In this document: positions 11,009-20,151 of the stretch, piece after piece
Numbering within the stretch: position 1 is the first letter of the stretch
How the letters are laid out: the number at the start of each line of letters is the position of its first letter
Source: an uncultured Lachnospira sp.
GTDB taxonomy: Bacteria; Bacillota; Clostridia; Lachnospirales; Lachnospiraceae
Length of the DNA stretch: 64,000 nt
Assembly (NCBI GenBank): GCA_937902625.1
Contig: CALELX010000169.1
Span: 1,829 to 65,828 of the forward strand
Direction of reading: 5' to 3'
The notes under the pieces: model-generated
Database searches by the model: none
Seen by the model: the letters and a program-made list of their open reading frames with translations, nothing else
What the model was told of the DNA's origin: nothing
Made by a program: the position numbers and the translations under genes

Positions 11009-12157
11009 TTAATTATCTTTCTTCTTATAAGCTAACATCTCTGTATAAGCAAGTAAGAAAGGACCAACACCCTTTGCATCATCTTCAACAACAGGCTCTG
11101 ACATATAGTAATCATATGTTCCAGGTCTGTCACCTTTTCCACCAAGACCTGCTACAAGACAGATACCACCAAGTGACATCTCTCCTTCATCTGTCTTTAA
11201 ATACTTGTCGCATATACCATCAATAGCCTTTTCAGCATACTTTCTGTAGCTTTCTGGAAGATATCCTAACCTTACACCCTTAAGAAGAGCATATGCCATA
11301 ATAGAACTTCCACTTGTCTCAAGATAGTTGTCTTTCATACCACCATAATTAACTACCTGATACCACATTCCACTCTCATCCTGGTACTTAAGCATTGAAT
11401 TCATAAGATCAACGAATGCATCCTCAAGCATCTTGCACTCTGCATCATACTTGTGGTCAGAGTTATCAACCTTATCAAGTGTATCAAGAAGAGCCATGGC
11501 ATACCATCCACTTGCTCTTAACCAGCAGTGCTGTGAAAGTCCTGTTACCTTATCACACCAGAATGCTTTCCTGCTTACATCAATAGCATGATAATATAGT
11601 CCGTTAAGTGGATTCTTCATATTCTCTATAACATACTTAAACTGTGCAAATATATCAGGATAGTTCTTTCTGTTATTGAACTTGGTTTCATATTCCATAT
11701 AGAATGGCTGACCCATATACATTCCATCAAGCCATACCTGATTAGGGTATATATCCTTATGCCAAAAAGATCTTGCTTCATTGTTACATCTAGGCATAAT
11801 CTTTATCTGTGAATATACAAGGTCTATAGCTTTTCTATATTTTTCTTTGCCTGTGATATCATACAACTCAAATAAAGTCTTTCCTGCATTAATGTTATCA
11901 ATATTCTTCTCACCAATGCTATAACCTTCAATTGTTCCATCCTCATGAACTCTGTAATCAATAAAGTCATCTGCAAACTTAAGATATTTTTCGTCCTTTG
12001 TCACATCATACATCTGCAGTACAGCCTTTATCATAACACCATCTATATAGTTCCAGTTAGACTTAAGTCCCTGTCTGATCTTTTCTATATTCCACATAGG
12101 TGCTTCTGGTGTGCTTTTCTCGAGCAATTCATCAATGTATTTTACAATAATATCCAT
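11009..12157 (-). CDS. GH105 unsaturated rhamnogalacturonyl/glucuronyl hydrolase (YteR-like), no signal peptide
   Basis: WNYIDG, IDNINAG, FWHK..YPNQVWLDGMYM, WLRASGW, YLETSGS, DDAKGVGPF. Confidence 0.93.
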   Translation of the reverse strand: MDIIVKYIDELLEKSTPEAPMWNIEKIRQGLKSNWNYIDGVMIKAVLQMYDVTKDEKYLKFADDFIDYRVHEDGTIEGYSIGEKNIDNINAGKTLFELYDITGKEKYRKAIDLVYSQIKIMPRCNNEARSFWHKDIYPNQVWLDGMYMGQPFYMEYETKFNNRKNYPDIFAQFKYVIENMKNPLNGLYYHAIDVSRKAFWCDKVTGLSQHCWLRASGWYAMALLDTLDKVDNSDHKYDAECKMLEDAFVDLMNSMLKYQDESGMWYQVVNYGGMKDNYLETSGSSIMAYALLKGVRLGYLPESYRKYAEKAIDGICDKYLKTDEGEMSLGGICLVAGLGGKGDRPGTYDYYMSEPVVEDDAKGVGPFLLAYTEMLAYKKKDN

Positions 12158-12412
12158 TGCTTTTCTCCTTAAACATTCTCAATTTACTTATAATTGTACC
12201 AACTTTTCATAAATTTTACAACATTTTTTGTCATAAAATACCAATCAACTACAGTTTTTTTATACTCAACAACAGATTTGTTGCCAACTATTCATAAAAA
12301 AGTTTCATAATTAATGGTAAATGACAATATGTGTCATAATAATTCACTGGTACATGCGTATTATACAACTTTCTGTTGTCGAATCATGTCAGAATCAATG
12401 ATATATATTATT

Positions 12413-14080
12413 TTATTGTTTTATACTGATAATTCTGCAAAGCCGTTCATCCTCGGTATACTCAATATTTACATCCATACCTTCAGAATATCTTATAACA
12501 TCCACATATTGTGACACATCTGCATCATATATGTTATCATTCCCACTGATCATAATATACATGTGGGTATTTCCATCAATCACAACCGGCATGATTTTTG
12601 AAATCACACCATGTATGCTTCTTGTTTCCTTTTCTTCCGGCAATGGTTCGTCTATTATACCATTATCCTTAAGAAGCTGGATATAGTTGGATTCACATTG
12701 TAATACCGAATCTCCTATGGCAACATTCTGGTATTTTTCTATATTAAGCATGGCATAACACTTTACAAGTCCTGCTCCATCCTTTAACGCCATGAAATAA
12801 GTCGGCTGATTGCTGACATTGATAATAAGAGGGAATGTGGCCGTATAACCAAGATTCTGTACCCGTCCTTTAGCAGAATCCATAGCAGAATATTCTTCCG
12901 CTCCTGATACTTCATAGTATCTTGTTTCCATGGTACGCTGGTTCATAAGCACGAATCCAACATTGGAATTATCCTGTCCAACAGATGTAATACCTGTATA
13001 CACCCACACATCATCTTCAAGTGCAATATAATTATAACCATCTGTTGTTTTAAGACAGTCCCTCTGACTTAACACGCTGTTTATGAAACCATGCTTAAGA
13101 CTTCCATTATAGTCATACAGACCTATGAGAAGTTCCGCTGAATATACCTTATCAACCCATGTTGGTACCTCGTTAACAGCATAATCTGTCATCTCTCCTG
13201 TTACCGCATTACACAGCACAACTCTTCCAACTGTCTGACCGCCAAACAAACCTATATTATACTTCTTAACAGGGCATACCCAGTAAGGAGTTCCATTATC
13301 ATCAATCTCATAATTAATATCATCAAATATATATGTTGGATATGCAAATCTTAAATGCCTGTAAATATATCTTGAAAAATGATCTGACTTGGAATACTTT
13401 ATTCCTTCTTTAAGTCTTACACATTCTGCTTCCTGCGTTGTCATATCTATTCTGATATATGCAGGAATACCATTCTTGTGATTAGTAAACCACTTTATAA
13501 GATTACCATATCTTAAAGGTGTTACCCTTACTGGCTTTTCATTATAATTAATCTGTGAATACATATCATCCACTTCATACTGCGATACCATATCAACCAT
13601 AGTTCCCATAACTCTTGTTCCTATAATTGATGCTGATTCTTTATCCAGAAGTGGAATCTTATCATATGACACTTCTTTTATATCATCTGTAAAATTCCTT
13701 GTTTCCACTGTCATAAGTTTCTGATATCCTGAAGCATTGATAATAGGTGATGAAAGAATGTTTCCAACGATATATGCAGCCACTATAACTAATGTAACCG
13801 TAAACACTATCTTAAAAATCATCTTACCTGTCTGACTCTTAAAATCCGAAAAGAAATCTTTTACCGGATTACCCGATGTAAATCTTCCATCTTTCGTTGG
13901 TCTTCTGTGATTCATACACCATACGGCAATGGTAACTATAACCATGACAAATATTATAAACTTCCAGAATCCTGGAGAATGAATATTAATAGCTGGCAGT
14001 TCTATATAATAATAAACTGCTGCTATAAGCAGCACTATAATACTGGCTGCTGCCTTAAAAACATTTAATCCTTTTTTCAT
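12413..14080 (-). CDS. Conserved hypothetical membrane protein (3 N-terminal TM helices, large extracytoplasmic domain)
   Basis: 555-aa ORF with GAGG SD; hydrophobic N-terminus; function not recognised. Confidence 0.75.
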   Translation of the reverse strand: MKKGLNVFKAAASIIVLLIAAVYYYIELPAINIHSPGFWKFIIFVMVIVTIAVWCMNHRRPTKDGRFTSGNPVKDFFSDFKSQTGKMIFKIVFTVTLVIVAAYIVGNILSSPIINASGYQKLMTVETRNFTDDIKEVSYDKIPLLDKESASIIGTRVMGTMVDMVSQYEVDDMYSQINYNEKPVRVTPLRYGNLIKWFTNHKNGIPAYIRIDMTTQEAECVRLKEGIKYSKSDHFSRYIYRHLRFAYPTYIFDDINYEIDDNGTPYWVCPVKKYNIGLFGGQTVGRVVLCNAVTGEMTDYAVNEVPTWVDKVYSAELLIGLYDYNGSLKHGFINSVLSQRDCLKTTDGYNYIALEDDVWVYTGITSVGQDNSNVGFVLMNQRTMETRYYEVSGAEEYSAMDSAKGRVQNLGYTATFPLIINVSNQPTYFMALKDGAGLVKCYAMLNIEKYQNVAIGDSVLQCESNYIQLLKDNGIIDEPLPEEKETRSIHGVISKIMPVVIDGNTHMYIMISGNDNIYDADVSQYVDVIRYSEGMDVNIEYTEDERLCRIISIKQ

Positions 14081-14410
14081 ATTTTCCTCACTTCCGCCAT
14101 GCCTGTATCATTAAAATATGGCTGTCCTGATAATTTCTCATTCTGTTTCATCAGCATATATCTGATCTGCATACATATCTGATATAGGTATGGTGCTTAA
14201 TTCACAACACATATTATAAACAATTGTTATTGTTTATATACTAATATATAATCTTTCGCTTGTCAAACTATTATCATATCACCACATATATTAATATCAG
14301 TGCTCACTCAATCAAAGCCTGACTTTACTCATATACCTGGCTTGACTTTTACTCATATAAGAATAAAATGATAGTATTAACTACACAAAATATACATAAA
14401 GGAGAATTGT

Positions 14411-15271
14411 ATGAAAACAGGAATTGTATTTGAAGGTGGTGCATTCAGGACAATATTTTCGTGTGGTGTTATGGATGCCCTTGTTGAAAATAATATTATG
14501 CCCGATTATATGATTGGAGTTTCCGCAGGTGCAGCTTATGGTGTATCTATGGCTTCAAGACAACCTGGACGTAATCTTGATGTACTTATGAAATATAGAA
14601 ATGACAAGCGTTATCTTGGTGTTGGCAATATGCTTGATAAAGAGAATAAAGCTATATACGGACTTGATTTTTCATATGAAACTATACCTAACGAGCTCAA
14701 TCTTTATGATTATGAAGCATTTAAGAAATATAAGGGGGATTTTTACTGTGTCGTAACCAATATTCTTACCGGCGAGCCGGAATATATGAAGTACACAGGA
14801 GATGACCACACTAACACAGTATTAAGAGCAACATGTGCCCTTCCTATGCTGTTCCCACCTATTATGATTAATGACATTCCATATATGGATGGAGGACTTA
14901 CTGATTCCATTCCTTTCAAAAGAGCTTTTGAAGATGGCTGCGACAAAGTATTAGTTATTCTTACAAGAGAAGCCGGTTATACCAAGAAAACATCAGGCTC
15001 TACAAAAGCAATAGCCAGAACTTATGAAAAAAAATATCCAGAGCTTACTAAAGTTATGTTATCACGTGCCAAAAGATATAACGAATGCCTTCATAAACTT
15101 GATGAATACGAAAAAGAAGGCAAAGTCATGATTATACGACCAACTGTAAGCAAAGGATTCTCAAGACTGGAAAAAGATAAGAACAAAATCCTGTCTATGT
15201 ATAACGATGGATATAACCAGGGATATGAAAAGCTTAATGACATCAGAAGCTTTTTTAACCTGGGACATTAA
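14411..15271 (+). CDS. Patatin-like phospholipase
   Basis: EGGAFR, GVSAG nucleophile motif, DGG. Confidence 0.92.
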   Translation: MKTGIVFEGGAFRTIFSCGVMDALVENNIMPDYMIGVSAGAAYGVSMASRQPGRNLDVLMKYRNDKRYLGVGNMLDKENKAIYGLDFSYETIPNELNLYDYEAFKKYKGDFYCVVTNILTGEPEYMKYTGDDHTNTVLRATCALPMLFPPIMINDIPYMDGGLTDSIPFKRAFEDGCDKVLVILTREAGYTKKTSGSTKAIARTYEKKYPELTKVMLSRAKRYNECLHKLDEYEKEGKVMIIRPTVSKGFSRLEKDKNKILSMYNDGYNQGYEKLNDIRSFFNLGH

Positions 15272-15282
15272 TAACCAGCTTG

Positions 15283-16029
15283 TTAATAATTACCACACAC
15301 GAAATCTTTCACTATTCCTATGGCTTCTCTTACCATATAGTTTATAAAAAGCACTTCATCACTCTGTGCTGGTATTCCGCATATGTGTTTAAGTCCTTTT
15401 CCTCTTGCAAGAAGCTTTGCCCGGAATATGTGAAAGTTGTTCGTGACTATGCCTGTTAATGCATCATAGTCATCTATATACCTTCTCGAATATAACATGT
15501 TTTCATTGGTATCTGTTGATTTATCTTCCATGACTATACGTTCAGGACTTATGCCCTTTTCACATAAATACTCATACATGGCAAGTGCCTCTGTTTTATT
15601 CTCGCCTTTTCCCTGACCTCCCGAAACAATTATCGTGGTATCAGGATTTACTACAGCATAATCATATGCTGCATCAAGACGTTTTCTAAGTGATTTCGTC
15701 ACTCTGTCACCTCTTATCTGACACCCTAATACAATAATATATCTGCATTTATCCCCTGGTTTCTGCTTCATACTTAATATTATGCACATTTCAAGTATTA
15801 TAAACAGCGTAAAACCAGTGCCTATAAGTGCACATGCTATGTATTTAACAACTGGTGGAAAAACATATATATTCTTTGCATCAAGCAGTCCAAACACATA
15901 TAACAACACAAAACATGCTGTACCTATAAGCCATATCCATATAAATGAAGATTTCACACCTGCATAAGTGGCACACCTTATATAATATGCCAGACATAAA
16001 ACCGCCATTAAAAGACAAACTATTCTCAT
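15283..16029 (-). CDS. YdcF/DUF218 family membrane protein
   Basis: IIVLG, SGGQG, EDKSTDTNEN, VTNNFHIFRA. Confidence 0.9.
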   Translation of the reverse strand: MRIVCLLMAVLCLAYYIRCATYAGVKSSFIWIWLIGTACFVLLYVFGLLDAKNIYVFPPVVKYIACALIGTGFTLFIILEMCIILSMKQKPGDKCRYIIVLGCQIRGDRVTKSLRKRLDAAYDYAVVNPDTTIIVSGGQGKGENKTEALAMYEYLCEKGISPERIVMEDKSTDTNENMLYSRRYIDDYDALTGIVTNNFHIFRAKLLARGKGLKHICGIPAQSDEVLFINYMVREAIGIVKDFVCGNY

Positions 16030-16267
16030 ATTCTTCTTATTCCTTTTTATATTTAAAATTTAATCGTATTTACTTTTTACACATCTTTTTTGCCATTAGA
16101 ATTTTTACTTTTTTCACATCTTTTCATGCCATCTGCAACTTTTTTAATAAAACATACATATATTGTGACATTCCAGCTGCTTACCTTTTAATCAATAATC
16201 ATCCCTGCTCACACTACTATAACACAATAAATCTTTATAATATAGTAATCAATGCAAGTTATCATAT

Positions 16268-16338
16268 TGAAAAACAAATGCTTCGCAATTATAATAAATA
16301 AATAAAAAGCTGCATAGTCTATATGCGCAGAAACGAGG
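16268..16338 (+). repeat. Partial copy (G) of the structured leader repeat, 5' of the kdgF-like gene
   Basis: TGAAAAACAAATGCTTCGCA resembles stem 1; ends TGCGCAGAAACGAGG-6nt-ATG. Confidence 0.45.
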
Positions 16339-16344
16339 CAAAAT

Positions 16345-16668
16345 ATGTTTAAATATAATAAAGATGTTATTCCTACAGACTGTGAACCAGGAGTTACAAG
16401 AAAAATTCTCTGCTATTCAGATGAACTTATGATGTGTGAAATCACGTTTAAGAAGGGCTCTAAAGGCAACTTTCATAAGCATGAACACCTTCAGATAACT
16501 TATATTGCCAAAGGAAGCTTCGAATTCACTATCGGTGGGGAAACAAAGGTTGTTAACCAGGGAGACAGTGTATACATGCCTTCTAATGTAGAACACGGGG
16601 TTACTGCTCTTGAAGATGGTATTCTCGTTGATGTATTCAACCCAATGCGACAGGACTTTCTTAAATAA
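16345..16668 (+). CDS. kdgF: Cupin, KdgF-like pectin degradation protein
   Basis: GVTRKIL...LMMCEITF, HKHEHLQITY, HGVTALEDGILVDVFNPMRQDFL. Confidence 0.8.
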   Translation: MFKYNKDVIPTDCEPGVTRKILCYSDELMMCEITFKKGSKGNFHKHEHLQITYIAKGSFEFTIGGETKVVNQGDSVYMPSNVEHGVTALEDGILVDVFNPMRQDFLK

Positions 16669-16693
16669 TTTTTTTAATTTTCACAATAATAAA

Positions 16694-16756
16694 AAAACAG
16701 CAGACCTTAAATATATAATAACCAGTTATATCATATCCTTTAAGGTCTGCTGTTTT
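16694..16756. terminator. 18-bp perfect inverted repeat between convergent genes
   Basis: AAAACAGCAGACCTTAAA / TTTAAGGTCTGCTGTTTT. Confidence 0.7.
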
Positions 16757-16900
16757 ATTATTAACTACTCATATTCCATCTTTCAAACACAGTCTTATAA
16801 GCTGCTATCAAAGCATATACTGTATTCACTATATTTATCTGATTAAAATGATTGCTAAATTATTTATGGCACATCTGCCAATTGATATCTGCACATACAT

Positions 16901-17653
16901 TTACTTATTCATATTAACTTTATCTATTCCAAGAAATGCATCCTGACCTATTGTCTTGACACTCTTAGGTACTGTCAGCTCTTTAATACCACTGCCTGCA
17001 AACGCTCCATATCCTATATTCTCAAGACCATCTGGAAGTGTTATATCTGTCAGGTTACTACAACCTGCAAATGCATTGGTTCCTATACTTTTTACAGATG
17101 CTGGTATTGTCACCATATGCAGACTGGTGTTATTATAAAACACTCCTGATGCAATCGTTATAACGCCATCCTTAACCACATAATTATCATAAGAATCATC
17201 TGCTTCATATAAGACGTTATTAATAATTATGTCTTTTGATACAGATAACTGTGCTTCATACCATGCCGTCTCGGTAAATGCATTCGTTCCTATGTCAGTT
17301 ACCGACTGCGGTATATCTATATCAGAAAGATTATAGCATGATAAAAAAGCATTAGAACCTATATAATCGATTCCATCTTCTATTACGACTTTTTTAATAA
17401 TAACATCATCCCTGAGTGCTCCATCACCTATAGATGTAACTTTCTTACCATCAAGCTCGGATGGAATCGTAAGCTCATATTCAGACTTTCCCTTATCAGT
17501 AAGTTCTGTAATAGTCAATGTACCATCTGTATTTTCTGTATATTTATACAATGCAATCTCCTGATACTTCTTCCTGCATCCTGATAATACAACCGACATG
17601 CACAGCAATACCGCTAAAGCAGTAACCATGGCTGTTATTCTTAATCTTTTCAT
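16901..17653 (-). CDS. BspA-type leucine-rich-repeat lipoprotein
   Basis: Lipobox VLSGC; repeats IPxSVxxIGxxAFxxCxxL; GGAG SD favours ATG 17653. Confidence 0.85.
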   Translation of the reverse strand: MKRLRITAMVTALAVLLCMSVVLSGCRKKYQEIALYKYTENTDGTLTITELTDKGKSEYELTIPSELDGKKVTSIGDGALRDDVIIKKVVIEDGIDYIGSNAFLSCYNLSDIDIPQSVTDIGTNAFTETAWYEAQLSVSKDIIINNVLYEADDSYDNYVVKDGVITIASGVFYNNTSLHMVTIPASVKSIGTNAFAGCSNLTDITLPDGLENIGYGAFAGSGIKELTVPKSVKTIGQDAFLGIDKVNMNK

Positions 17654-17658
17654 AGCAG

Positions 17659-18225
17659 TTAATCTCCATTCTTTGCCCACATATAACAGAATGCCTGTGT
17701 TCTTGCTGCAAATCTGTTATTCTCTAGGAGCTTTCTTACTTGTGCCTTATTATACCACGCTGCCGATATTTCTTCTACTGTTGATGTACTTTTAGCAAAT
17801 GTACCATCTGCTTTTCCTATGACAACCCTGTTAGTTTCGTTGGAAAAGCCAATAGCACTATAACTGTCATACAGTGTATCCTCGATGCTTATAAGGTCAA
17901 GCCCTGTTTCCTCCTTAAGCTCTCTTGCTGCTGCTATCTGTGGTGTCTCGCCTGCATCTATAAGACCAGCCGGGAAATTGTATACATAATCACCAACAGC
18001 CATTCTGTATTCCCTGTTTAAAAGAATATTCTCACCAGTCATATCTGTTACCACTATAACAACACCATCCGGTGACTGATTCTTTAGATCCTCTATGGAC
18101 GTTATGTTTTTATTACGGCTTATAATCTCATATACCTTGGTTTTGTTATCCTCTGTCGTGTAGGTAACATCATATCTGCTTATAAACCTGCCATCCAGAA
18201 TCTTTTTAATTCCATCATATTTCAT
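17659..18225 (-). CDS. NUDIX hydrolase (ADP-ribose pyrophosphatase-like)
   Basis: Nudix box GLIDAGETPQIAAARELKEETG. Confidence 0.92.
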   Translation of the reverse strand: MKYDGIKKILDGRFISRYDVTYTTEDNKTKVYEIISRNKNITSIEDLKNQSPDGVVIVVTDMTGENILLNREYRMAVGDYVYNFPAGLIDAGETPQIAAARELKEETGLDLISIEDTLYDSYSAIGFSNETNRVVIGKADGTFAKSTSTVEEISAAWYNKAQVRKLLENNRFAARTQAFCYMWAKNGD

Positions 18226-18265
18226 AAATACATTTCCTTATATAAAGATAAAATAAAATATATAC

Positions 18266-19738
18266 TTAGCATCTGTGCATAGAGAAACCATCTGTCTCAT
18301 AATTCTTAAGATTCTCATATACACCACGCGAATCAGCCTCTGATAAAAGCTTATCCCTGTCTTTGGCAACAAGAGCTTCATTCTTGTTAGAATGATGATG
18401 GCTAGGACCACCTACACATCCTCCCTCACATGCCATACCTTCTACAAAGTCTGCTGAAAGTCTGCCCATCTTAAGTAATGTAAGTGCTTTCTTACATTCT
18501 GTTCCACCAGAACATTTTTCCACTGTGAATTTAGATGGATCCTCGCCAAGTTCTTTCATACACTCAAGAACAGCAGCTGTTACTCCACCGCCATTACCGA
18601 ATCTCTTACCATATACACTTGCCTGCTGGTTTGCATTAGCCTCTGGCTCTATCTTTACGCCCTTAGCTCTAAGCATGGCCCTGAACTCACCTATAGTAAG
18701 CACATAATTAGCATTGCCTTCTATTGAAGTATCTCTTCTTTCATCCTTCTTTGCAATACAAGGTCCTACGAATACTGTAACAACCTCTGGGTCCTTGGCC
18801 TTTAACATACGTGACACTGCACACATAGGTGATACTGTTGTTGAAATATTATCCTTAAGCTCTGGAAAATGCTTCTTAATCATATTGACAAATGCAGGAC
18901 AACATGATGTTGTCATCTTTTTGCCCTCTTTGTTTGCCTCAAGCCATTCTTTAGCTTCTGAACCTGCTGTAAGGTCTCCGCCAAGAGCCACCTCATACAT
19001 ATCATCAAAACCAATCTTTTTGCAGGCTGTTCTGATACTATCCATGGTAATATCGGCACCAAACGAACCTTCTATTGCTGGTGCTACCATAGCTACAACT
19101 CTCTTTCCAGCTTTCATATCCCTGATAACATCTACTATATCTGTCTTAGAGCCTATTGCACCAAATGGACAGGCATGTATACACTGACCGCACTTGATAC
19201 ACTTGCTGTCATCTATCTCGCAGATACCATTCTCATCCATAGTAATGGCACCAACCGGACATATCTTCTTACATGGTCTTATAAGATCAGCTATGGCATT
19301 ATATGGACAGGCTTTAGCGCACTGACCACACTCCTTGCACTTATCCGGGTCAATATATGCCCTGTCACGCCCCATAGATACCGCACCGAACTTACATGCC
19401 TGCTGACAGGCTTTAGCCATACACTTCCTGCAGTTATCTGTTACTATATAATGTGAAAGTGGACAGTCAGCACATGCTGCTTCGATTACCTGCACTACAT
19501 TATCCTTACCCGTCTTAGGTGTCTCTGACGGACATTTACCTTCAGCAAGTCTTATTCTTTGTCTTACAACTTCTCTTTCCTTATATACACAACATCTATA
19601 TTTAGCCTGTGGTCCAGGAAGGAGTTCATAAGGAAGTTCTTCTTTCTTCTCCTCAAGCTGTCCCGCATAAGCAAGCTTTGCAACCTGATATAATATTTCA
19701 TGCTTTATCTTTAATATATTAGCGTCTGTTGATAACAT
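18266..19738 (-). CDS. Monomeric [FeFe]-hydrogenase with N-terminal 4Fe-4S clusters (group B-like)
   Basis: H-cluster motifs TSCCPAF, GPCIAKKDE, EGMACEGGCVGGP; three CxxCxxCxxxC-type motifs; AGGAGG SD favours ATG 19738. Confidence 0.9.
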   Translation of the reverse strand: MLSTDANILKIKHEILYQVAKLAYAGQLEEKKEELPYELLPGPQAKYRCCVYKEREVVRQRIRLAEGKCPSETPKTGKDNVVQVIEAACADCPLSHYIVTDNCRKCMAKACQQACKFGAVSMGRDRAYIDPDKCKECGQCAKACPYNAIADLIRPCKKICPVGAITMDENGICEIDDSKCIKCGQCIHACPFGAIGSKTDIVDVIRDMKAGKRVVAMVAPAIEGSFGADITMDSIRTACKKIGFDDMYEVALGGDLTAGSEAKEWLEANKEGKKMTTSCCPAFVNMIKKHFPELKDNISTTVSPMCAVSRMLKAKDPEVVTVFVGPCIAKKDERRDTSIEGNANYVLTIGEFRAMLRAKGVKIEPEANANQQASVYGKRFGNGGGVTAAVLECMKELGEDPSKFTVEKCSGGTECKKALTLLKMGRLSADFVEGMACEGGCVGGPSHHHSNKNEALVAKDRDKLLSEADSRGVYENLKNYETDGFSMHRC

Positions 19739-19869
19739 AATGTGTTTCCTCCTGTTGGTATATCGTTTATCAATTGGCATTGTGTAATTATTATACGTTT
19801 CATATAATAGCCTTTATCTTACATAGTATAACATATATATTTTAAGATTAAAGGGGTTTATGGAGGAAT

Positions 19870-19887
19870 TTGTTAAATTTTTAATTA
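19870..19887. promoter_or_regulatory. Possible Rex operator upstream of hydrogenase
   Basis: TTGTTAA-ATTT-TTAATTA vs clostridial Rex consensus TTGTTAA-N4-TTAACAA (2 mismatches). Confidence 0.4.
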
Positions 19888-19908
19888 GCATTTTTTACAG
19901 TTTAGTTA

Positions 19909-20151
19909 AATTACTGTTTAGTGAAGTCACTGATAAGCGACGAACGGACGATATAAGACACGGATGTCTGTTGAAGTGAGATATGGGACAAGGACGTCCC
20001 ATATCGAACGGTAGCGGCAGTTGCCACTACAGATATGAAAAGTCTTAGAAATATCCAAGCGAAGCTTCTGGCATTGTTGATGTATACGCACCTGCTTTTC
20101 TCATATATGATGTCGTCCGTATGTTAACCGAATGTGTGCTAAACAGTAATT
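19909..20151. mobile_element. 243-bp highly structured element with 13-bp terminal inverted repeats (MITE-like or ncRNA)
   Basis: AATTACTGTTTAG / CTAAACAGTAATT; nested stems ACGGACGATAT/ATGTCGTCCGT, GATATGGGAC/GTCCCATATC, GTAGCGGCA/TGCCACTAC. Confidence 0.6.
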
